A stretch of DNA of 64,000 nt, from NCBI RefSeq assembly GCF_000738915.1, contig NW_026515637.1, positions 682,001 to 746,000 of the forward strand, read 5' to 3'. How positions within the stretch are numbered: position 1 is the first letter of the stretch; each line of letters begins with the position of its first letter. Source of the stretch: Nematocida ausubeli (lineage: Eukaryota). This document shows positions 1 to 7,869 of the stretch, piece after piece. Position numbers and translations under genes: made by a program. The notes beneath the pieces were generated by a model. It was not told the origin of the DNA, made no database searches, and saw only the letters and a program-made list of their open reading frames with translations.

Positions 1-2
1 TA

Positions 3-596
3 GCACACCAGCAATTCTTTGAAGAAATGAGTTACAACAAGGAATTAGTGGAAAGAGAAGACTTCAGATATGGAATAGTATTAGAAGGCGCATCAATCAT
101 TAATGATGTAATATATCTGGATAATGAGTCAGTATATAATAAGATGATTATTTCTAATGCCCTAGCACAAAGCACTAAATTGGACGTATTTGAGAGACAT
201 GCTGAAAGAACAATAGAAAGCATAAGGGGTCTACCTGATGAGATAGTAGCAAAGGGGTTTACAACCAGAAAGAGAGAAGAAGTGATAAAATTAATTGGTG
301 TCTTGCATAAATTGAAATTTAATTTGAATTTATCAACGAACATATTGGATACACCTGAGATATTATGGTACTATCCTAATTATACTTCGTTATATGAGAG
401 TTTTAAATTATATTTGGAATTGAAGAGTAGAACTGAAATAGTTAATCAGAAGTGTGATGTAATACACGAGATACTTACATTATTATCTACACACATAAAT
501 ACGGTTAGTGGGGAAAGATTGGAGAAAATAATAATTATTTTGATTACGTTAGAGATTGGGATAGGATTAGTGTCAATGTATTTTAACTGGAAGTGA
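3..596 (+). CDS. RMD1/Sif2-family (DUF155) protein, C-terminal part; probably 5'-truncated by the window edge
   Basis: Frame is open from position 3. Family-typical motifs ISNALAQSTKLDVFE, LNLSTNILDTPEILW, YLELKSRTEIVNQK and the C-terminal hydrophobic RLEKIIIILITLEI. Confidence 0.8.
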   Translation, partial: AHQQFFEEMSYNKELVEREDFRYGIVLEGASIINDVIYLDNESVYNKMIISNALAQSTKLDVFERHAERTIESIRGLPDEIVAKGFTTRKREEVIKLIGVLHKLKFNLNLSTNILDTPEILWYYPNYTSLYESFKLYLELKSRTEIVNQKCDVIHEILTLLSTHINTVSGERLEKIIIILITLEIGIGLVSMYFNWK

Positions 597-736
597 TAGT
601 TTATTAAATTGGATATTATTTTTTATCATGGATTTAACGGGATTTTGATTTTTATTAGGTTTTTATTGTGTATTAGTGAGTATTAATGTCTTTTTATTAT
701 TTATTGGCTATTTACAGTTTGGTTTTGGACGTATAG

Positions 737-1166
737 TGGATTAAGTCTTGTACTGAGTGGAAAAAGTCTTGGTAAAGTGGAATATATTGTGTATTGTTGG
801 GCATAAGTCTTGACAGTGTGGAATAAGTCTTGTCAGTTTCGGGATAGGTAGATTAAGTTCTGTCATAGTGGAATAAGTCTTGACAAAATGGAATAAGTTC
901 TGTCAGTGTGGCATAAGTCTTGACAGTGTGGAATAAGTCTTGACATTGTGGCATAAGTCTTGTTAGTTTCGGGAAGAAGTGTATTAAGTCTTGTCCAACT
1001 AGCCATAAGTCTTGCACTCCGCGGAAATAGTCTTGTCACTTACGTAATAAGTTATGCACTTCACGTAATAAGTCTTGTACCAAGTGGAAATAGTCTTGTC
1101 CTCTGCGTAATAACTCCTGTCACTTACGTAATAGGTTCTGTTACAAAAAAATAATAAGTCTTGTTC
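737..1166 (+). repeat. Tandem array of 20-21-bp repeat family A (consensus ~GTGGAATAAGTCTTGTCA..)
   Basis: Core AAGTCTTG or a variant recurs every 20 bp (e.g. 915, 935, 955), then every 21 bp (1007, 1028, 1049, 1070, 1091, 1112, 1133). Confidence 0.9.
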
Positions 1167-1459
1167 ATGGCATAGTAAAATAATTCAAAACAATGCAAAA
1201 TAATCAAAATACCCATTTAAAACACCCGATATACCCTACTAGTCATAATACAACACAATATAACCCAATAATAACCGTTTAAAACACGAAACAAACACCT
1301 TTAAAACCAAATATCACAAAATAACACGTTAAAACAAGAAACAAACATAATATAACGTGTTACAAACACGAAATAACCCATGCAACAATCATAAAATACA
1401 CAAAATTCCCATACATTTCACCAAAATTAACTATATAACCGTTTTTATCCCAAATTCCC

Positions 1460-2503
1460 ATGAAGAAATACATATTTATACTAACTTTAGTCACACAAAA
1501 TATACTAGCATACAGTATATTCAGTAAACATAACGACAAAGGCTCTTTCAAAAACAAAGAAGAATATAAGTCAAAGTCAGAAGGGAAATACCACAGCAAA
1601 GGAGCATCAAAAGGAATGGACCCTTATAAAAGTAATAACCCTTATAAAAATAATAACCCTTATAAAAATGACGGTTATAAAAATCCAAATAAGGAAATGA
1701 ATAATCCTTATAAAAATAATAACCCTTATAAAAATGACAGTTATAAAAATGACGGTTATAAAAATCCAAATAAGGAAATTAACAACAATTACAAAAATGA
1801 CAGTTATAAAAATAACCAAGGTTATCCACCCACTAAAATGAACAATCCAAGCCATAACCCAATGAAACCAGATATAAACATGACTAACCCATCATTCCAC
1901 AACACAGGCCCAGGCGTATACACAGGATACAGCACACTAAGAACAACAGAAATGCAAGATGGCCTAGCAGCAGCAAATGTAATAGGCAATTACTACAGCA
2001 GCCTAATAGAAAGAAAAGGTGCAATCCCAGGGATTACGCCTATTTCAGGAATAATGGCATATCCAGTAGGGGGTGGTATATATAGTGACTATTGGGGTAA
2101 AATACAATTTAAAATGAATCAAGATGGGGGACTAATTGATTCATCAGGATATTTCACTGGGGTTCCCGTTGAATCAAAGGATGAAATTATTTCAACTGGA
2201 ATTTTATCAGATATTGGCTTCTATCAGGCCAGGGATCTATCAAAAGACGTTATGAGCCAGAATTATATCTCTGCAAAAATGTTAATTGAAGACATTTCCA
2301 ATACAACAAAGAAGGATATCCAGGAATTACACGATGAGAAGTTCAGTGGAGACTTTTTATCTGGGGTTATGAAATATTTTAAGAGTGGTAGGGGGCAACC
2401 TGGTAAGGAAAAGTCATGTATGACAGTTTGTATATGCAGTGATCCCACGTGCTCAAAGAAGTGCAAGTCAATTAAGTGCATTGAACCAATGTATTTATTG
2501 TAG
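1460..2503 (+). CDS. Hypothetical secreted protein with NPYKN repeats and a Cys-rich C-terminus
   Basis: 347-aa ORF with CCC directly before the ATG. Signal-peptide-like MKKYIFILTLVTQNILA, NPYKN/DGYKN repeats, C-terminal CMTVCICSDPTCSKKCKSIKC, AATAAA after the stop. Confidence 0.8.
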   Translation: MKKYIFILTLVTQNILAYSIFSKHNDKGSFKNKEEYKSKSEGKYHSKGASKGMDPYKSNNPYKNNNPYKNDGYKNPNKEMNNPYKNNNPYKNDSYKNDGYKNPNKEINNNYKNDSYKNNQGYPPTKMNNPSHNPMKPDINMTNPSFHNTGPGVYTGYSTLRTTEMQDGLAAANVIGNYYSSLIERKGAIPGITPISGIMAYPVGGGIYSDYWGKIQFKMNQDGGLIDSSGYFTGVPVESKDEIISTGILSDIGFYQARDLSKDVMSQNYISAKMLIEDISNTTKKDIQELHDEKFSGDFLSGVMKYFKSGRGQPGKEKSCMTVCICSDPTCSKKCKSIKCIEPMYLL

Positions 2504-2535
2504 TTTTAAATAAAAAGAGCATATTCAATGGGGTT

Positions 2536-3110
2536 TGTATTGTATTTAGTCGTATATTGTTGTATTTAGTCTATTTGTGTTGTATTTGTGACTAATATAT
2601 AATTATGTTGTATTTAGTCTATTTGTGTTGTATTTGTGACTAATTAGTGGGATATTGTTGTATTTGTGACTAACTTATAATTGTGTTGTATTTAGTCTAT
2701 TTGTGTTGTATTTAGTCATATATTGTTATAATTATGACTAACCTATACTTGTGGTGTAATTGTGACTAACTTATAATTTTGTTATATTTGTGACTAACTT
2801 ATATACTACTGTTGTATTTATGACTAATATATATGGTCTGTTATAATTAGTATTATCCCAGTGTATTTAGTCACACTCTGTTGTATTTAGTGTATTTAGT
2901 ATAATTCTATTATATTTAGTATATTTATTCTATCCTGTTGTAAAATAGACTAATTTCCCGTTGTAATTAGTCTATGCCTTATATACCCCTTGTATATTTA
3001 TAATTAGTTTATCTTGTTAGAATTAGTCATACTCTGTTGTATTTAGTATAATTAGTCATACTCTGTTGTATTTAGTATAATTAGTCTACTCTTGTCTATT
3101 CTTAGTATAT
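2536..3110 (+). repeat. Array of ~20-bp repeat family B (GTTGTATTTAGTC / GTTGTATTTGTGACTAA)
   Basis: Many degenerate tandem units. Includes a ~65-bp core (2934-2998) shared with 7079-7153 and 45357-45431. Confidence 0.85.
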
Positions 3111-3186
3111 TAGTGTATCCTGGTTCTTTTAAAAATAAATTATATTTATTTAATATTCTTGTACTACTAGTTATATAGGGGTATGA

Positions 3187-3605
3187 TGGATTAAGTCTTG
3201 CACTAAGTGGATTATATTGTGCACTAAGTGGATTAAGTCTTGTCAATTGAGTCATAAATTATGCACTAAGTGGATTAAGTCCTGTCATGTGTGGAATATA
3301 TTGTGCACTAAGCGTAAATAGTCTTGTTTATATACTCCTATATTGCGTCACTGTAAATCCTATTAAACTTAAATATTTATTTAATTATCTAGTCTATTTA
3401 TATCCAATACACTGCAGGGCATATAACCAGAATATAACATGACAAGACTATTTCCACATCTACCAAGACTATTTCCACTTGGTGCAAAACTTAATCCACT
3501 TAGTACAAAATATAATCCATATCTAGCAAGACTATTTCCACTTAGTACAAAATATAACCCGAATATGACAAAACTTAATCCATATATGGCAAAACTTAAT
3601 CCACT
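3187..3605. repeat. Family A arrays in inverted arrangement (forward ~3187-3330, reverse ~3440-3605)
   Basis: GTGGATTAAGTCTTG units are followed by CAAGACTATTTCCAC / CTTAATCCAC units. Confidence 0.85.
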
Positions 3606-3655
3606 TTCACCACAATTTATGCCCTAACTCATACTATATTCTCCCCATGTATTAA

Positions 3656-5383
3656 TCAAGCAGTATTCCTCTTCATCAGTTCCCTTAATGTATTTATCTC
3701 TTTCTGGTGATCATCGCTTATTCTGTTTGATTCCCTTAATAGATCCCTGTATTCATCTATTTTTCCCCTTAATTCTGCAATAATATTCGAATATTCTTGC
3801 GTCCTGTCTACTTTAAGCGTAGGAATAGGCACTTCTGTTATAGTCACGTATTTAGTTATTGTTCCTGTTGTAATTAGTCTCTTAGTCTGTGTTATATACA
3901 CGGGTTTTACTTCTGTGATTATTTTCACTGTGGGCTTAAGGGTCTCTGTCAGTGTGACTGTCAGGAAGTTATTTTTCTGTTGGGTTTTTGTATTAATTAC
4001 AGTCAGTCGGGGGCGACTTGATATAATTGTAGAAAATATTGTCTGTATCTTTGTTTTTTTTTCTGTTTTTGTTTTAGTTATGGTTTCTGTTACGGTGTGA
4101 TTTATTTTAATTGGTCTTTCCACTGGGATACTTATTGTCTTAATTACTGTCACTGGCTTCATGGTTATTTTCTTTGTGGCTTGTGGTTTATGGACATATT
4201 CTGTCTTTGTGACTGATCTGGTGATGGAAATCACTTCCGTAGAGATAATTGGAGTATTTTTTGTTATAGTGAATATTTTACCATTTTCTGTTGTATTTGG
4301 TCTATTATAGCCCATATTAGGTCTACTAAGGTCACTTCCTGTTGTATTTGGTCCACTATTCTGCATATTAGGCGGGATATTGTTATTTCCTGTTGTATTT
4401 GGTCCATTATAACCCATATTACGCGGGATATTGTTACTTCCTGTTGTATTTGGTCTACTATTCTGCATATTAGACGGGTTATTACCATTCTGCATATTAT
4501 TTGGTCTACTAAGGTCATTTCCTGCTATATTTGGTCCACTATTCTGCATATTATTTGGCCCATTATTCGGGTTATACCCGGGCACACCCGAATATTTTGA
4601 TTTTTCAAAATTTTCAGGTTTTTCAAAAATTTCCTTATGCGGTAATATAACCCTAACGGTTTTCACCTTATTATTTGAATCATGAAATTCAACAAGAACC
4701 CCAGAATCATTCACAAGTGGCTTAACATTAATGTAATCCTTGTATAATGTAGGGTGCACCTGCACTGTCTTAACAGAAGTTGTTGTATTTGTTATATAAA
4801 TAGGCTTAGGCGTAATTATGCTTGTTATAACCTTAGTCTCCACATGAATCACAGGCTCTGCCGTTACACTCACCCGAACTGTAGATAAAATTGGCGGTTG
4901 AGTTATAACCTGAATACTTTTGACCGTTACAGAATGCATACTTGGTACAACAGTAATTGTCTCAATATTTGTTACTTTTAAAAATTCCGTTATTATTTTT
5001 GTATTTGTAACAGGAATTGGTGTAACTGTAACTGTACGCTTTCTTTCCACAGTAACTGGTACATTCTGCAATACTGTAGTTAAATACGTCCTAATTGTGT
5101 GCCTTGTCTTTGTCTTAGTCTGGGTTACAGTGGAGTAGTCTGTCTCTGTTACGTATATAATCTGCTTAGGGCCAACTCGGGTTACAATCGGGTTATATCG
5201 GGTTATAATAGGGTTATATCGGGTTATAATCGGGTTATTGTAATTCTGCCGCATACATAATATAGCACATACACCAGATGGGTTTACACAAGAGCATAAG
5301 GAATTTATACCAATTCCACGTACATATCCAGTGTACAGATATATTAGTCCACTTATATACAGTAAAATACGTAAATTATGCAT
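3656..5383 (-). CDS. Hypothetical secreted Thr/Val-rich protein with Asn-rich internal repeats and a C-terminal coiled coil
   Basis: 575-aa ORF. Hydrophobic N-terminus, Cys cluster LCSCVNPSGVCAILC, long Thr/Val/Ile-rich tracts, NMQNSGPNTTG repeats, heptad-like C-terminus. Confidence 0.75.
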   Translation of the reverse strand: MHNLRILLYISGLIYLYTGYVRGIGINSLCSCVNPSGVCAILCMRQNYNNPIITRYNPIITRYNPIVTRVGPKQIIYVTETDYSTVTQTKTKTRHTIRTYLTTVLQNVPVTVERKRTVTVTPIPVTNTKIITEFLKVTNIETITVVPSMHSVTVKSIQVITQPPILSTVRVSVTAEPVIHVETKVITSIITPKPIYITNTTTSVKTVQVHPTLYKDYINVKPLVNDSGVLVEFHDSNNKVKTVRVILPHKEIFEKPENFEKSKYSGVPGYNPNNGPNNMQNSGPNIAGNDLSRPNNMQNGNNPSNMQNSRPNTTGSNNIPRNMGYNGPNTTGNNNIPPNMQNSGPNTTGSDLSRPNMGYNRPNTTENGKIFTITKNTPIISTEVISITRSVTKTEYVHKPQATKKITMKPVTVIKTISIPVERPIKINHTVTETITKTKTEKKTKIQTIFSTIISSRPRLTVINTKTQQKNNFLTVTLTETLKPTVKIITEVKPVYITQTKRLITTGTITKYVTITEVPIPTLKVDRTQEYSNIIAELRGKIDEYRDLLRESNRISDDHQKEINTLRELMKRNTA

Positions 5384-5496
5384 GTACTCTATTTAGACCA
5401 CAAAATATACATGAAAATATATACAAAAACACTATGATACTGATTGTTTGTTATGGAAACCATTCCTATAAATACTTTCTTGTGACGCATAATATT

Positions 5497-6666
5497 ATGC
5501 AACCTCGGGTTATATCGGGTTTAATCGGGTTATTAGCCGTAAAGTATTCAGTCTGCAAATTTTCAGAAAAAAAACTCCAGGGCCTGGAGATGACAGACAC
5601 AGCAGCCAGACTCTACAATGGGATCAAAGAAAATAATGAATGGTCCCTCAGAAATGGCAATTCAGGATCCATTGTAAACTTCAAAAACAAGAATACCCAA
5701 GAGGATGAGTGGTCACTAGAAATCACTTTCAAGGTCCCTACCTTAAAATACCCAGAATTCGCAGGAATTTACGCCTGGTACACAGAAGACCCAGTGAGAC
5801 ACGGGGGATTCAAAGGCGCAAAAGGCAAATTCAACGGGATAGTGGCAGGATTGGAGTTCATTGGCAAGGGAGTAGATATAATTGTATCTGTAAATCATGG
5901 TGAAACTGACTATACAGAATTAGCCCCAGATACAATCGAACTAAAAGACAGTCCAGACCCAAATATTTTCAAAGACAAAAATACGTTAACCCTGAAAATA
6001 ATTTCAACAGAAAAAAATTTCAAGATAGAAATATACGATAAAGATAAAAATCTCATATATGATAGGGTAAGATATACGCAAATGGCAGAAATTAGTAGTA
6101 GACTATCAGGAAAGTACTTTGGATTAACCACAGATTATGCAGCCTCTGTTAAGAATGCGTTTAAATTAGTCAGTGCCTCACTGTACAAAAGAGAAGAACA
6201 TCCAGAATATGACCCAAATGCATATAATGCAGATATAAATGAGACAATCCCCAGGTTACCACATGAAATAGACCCTACTGAAGATATGCAGCACATTATA
6301 TCTGGGATAGAGCATCTTACAAAGTATTTACGTATTGTGATGGGTGACCCACAAGGAAAACCCATTGCAGATAATGTAATGTACGTTAAAAAGGTGACTA
6401 ACTTCATGGTTGCGCATATATTAGAGGTAAGGGATGGGCTTAAGTCGTTAATAGATGTGACCAAGAAGCATGCCCAGCAGGAAGAGGGTCACAGGCAGGA
6501 ATTGTTCTATTTAGTGCAGAACATGAATATAAAACTAACTGAAATGAATAAGAAAGGTCATAATATATCTGTAACTGCCATGATATCAATGGGATGTGGG
6601 TTATTTGCCGTTGGATTCCTGTTAGGCAAGAGATTCTCACCAATCAAGAAGATGTCACTGCACTAA
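5497..6666 (+). CDS. L-type lectin ER-Golgi cargo receptor (ERGIC-53/VIP36/Emp46-47-like)
   Basis: Signal peptide from the ATG at 5497 (the ORF track's upstream extension overlaps the neighbouring gene). Lectin-like beta domain (EWSLEITFK, AGIYAWYT, FNGIVAGLEF, YFGLTT), coiled-coil stalk, single C-terminal TM and a di-lysine tail KKMSLH. Confidence 0.75.
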   Translation: MQPRVISGLIGLLAVKYSVCKFSEKKLQGLEMTDTAARLYNGIKENNEWSLRNGNSGSIVNFKNKNTQEDEWSLEITFKVPTLKYPEFAGIYAWYTEDPVRHGGFKGAKGKFNGIVAGLEFIGKGVDIIVSVNHGETDYTELAPDTIELKDSPDPNIFKDKNTLTLKIISTEKNFKIEIYDKDKNLIYDRVRYTQMAEISSRLSGKYFGLTTDYAASVKNAFKLVSASLYKREEHPEYDPNAYNADINETIPRLPHEIDPTEDMQHIISGIEHLTKYLRIVMGDPQGKPIADNVMYVKKVTNFMVAHILEVRDGLKSLIDVTKKHAQQEEGHRQELFYLVQNMNIKLTEMNKKGHNISVTAMISMGCGLFAVGFLLGKRFSPIKKMSLH

Positions 6667-6667
6667 T

Positions 6668-6707
6668 GGAAGTGAAGGAAGTGAAGGAAGTGAAGGAAGT
6701 GAAGGAA
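6668..6707 (+). repeat. 9-bp microsatellite (GGAAGTGAA)x4 right after the stop codon
   Basis: ggaagtgaaggaagtgaaggaagtgaaggaagtgaaggaa. Confidence 0.9.
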
Positions 6708-6757
6708 TTAGTAGGGAATAAATGAATTATTTCAAAATATTATTATTTGTGTATATA

Positions 6758-7256
6758 TTAGTCATAGTGTGTTGTATTTGTGACTAACTATATACTTGTG
6801 GTGTATTTATGACTAATTAGTGGGATATTGTTGTATTTGTGACTAATATATACTACTGCTGTATTTAGTATTAGTGTGTTGTATTTATGACTAACTATAT
6901 ATTACTGTTGTATTTATGACTAATTAGTGAGTTACTGTTGTATTTAGTCTATTTGTGTTATATTTGTGACTAATATATACTCCCACTATAATTAGTCTAT
7001 CTCTGTATACTCCCAGATATAATTAGTCTATATATTTTATAACTTAAATCTGTCTATAATTTGCATATTTATTATATTCCTGTTGTAAAATAGACTAAAT
7101 TCCCGTTGTATTTAGTCTATCCCTTATATACCCCTTGTGTATATTCCACTGTATATCTCTGTTATAATTAGTCATACTCCGTTGTATTTAGTATAGTTAG
7201 TCTATCCCTGTTGTATTTAGTATAATTAGTCACACTTCACTGTAATTATGACTAAC
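6758..7256 (+). repeat. Family B array
   Basis: Repeated GTTGTATTTGTGACTAA / ATAATTAGTC units; conserved core at 7079-7153. Confidence 0.85.
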
Positions 7257-7317
7257 CATACACTTATATACGGAATATATATGGGGTGTATACGGGGTAT
7301 TAGTGGGATATATTAGT

Positions 7318-7716
7318 AGAATAAGTTTTATATAAAGTGGAAAAAGTTTTGTCATTTAAGGAGAAAGTCTTGCACTGTGTGGAATAAGTCCTGTCATATT
7401 GGGCATAAGTCTTGTTATTTGTGGATTAATTAATGTCAAGAGTAGCATAAGTCTTGCACTGTGTGGATTAATTAATGTCATATTGGGAATAAGTCTTGGT
7501 CTTGTTAGGCTGTATTATATTCTGGTTATATGAATAAGACTATTTCCACTTAGTACAGAACTTAATCCACTTAGTACAAAATATAATTCACTTAGTGAAA
7601 AATATAATCCACATTATGCAAAATATATTCCACATAATACAAGACTATTTACACATAATACAAGACTATTTCCACATAATACAAAATATAATCCATAAAT
7701 GACAAGAATTAATCCA
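7318..7716. repeat. Family A arrays in inverted arrangement (forward ~7318-7500, reverse ~7535-7716)
   Basis: ATAAGTCTTG units are followed by CAAGACTATTTCCAC units. Confidence 0.85.
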
Positions 7717-7869
7717 CATCATACCCAATAACACCCAATAATCAAATGATCCCATTATAATCCGATATATTCAAAATAGCCCGAAATAAACAAACAATAA
7801 ACACAATGCATAATATATGACAGCATCTTAAGCTATAAATAGCCATAGATATACTAATTTGGGCAGAAT

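Noticed and set aside
960..1154. Short ORFs within repeat arrays (also 3052-3255, 3439-3627, 44915-45097)
   Set aside because: Translations simply mirror the repeat unit.
737..1166. CRISPR-like array (regular repeats)
   Set aside because: Units are degenerate and abut with no unique spacers; no cas genes; eukaryotic context.
5177..5238. Interstitial telomere
   Set aside because: Units are 10-11 bp containing GGGTTA, not contiguous 5-6-bp telomeric repeats, and they lie inside a CDS.
5278..5496. N-terminal extension of the lectin ORF
   Set aside because: Overlaps the divergent gene; the signal peptide begins at ATG 5497. Similar spurious extensions were trimmed for Utp12, the KIX protein, Rpc2 and Rps2.
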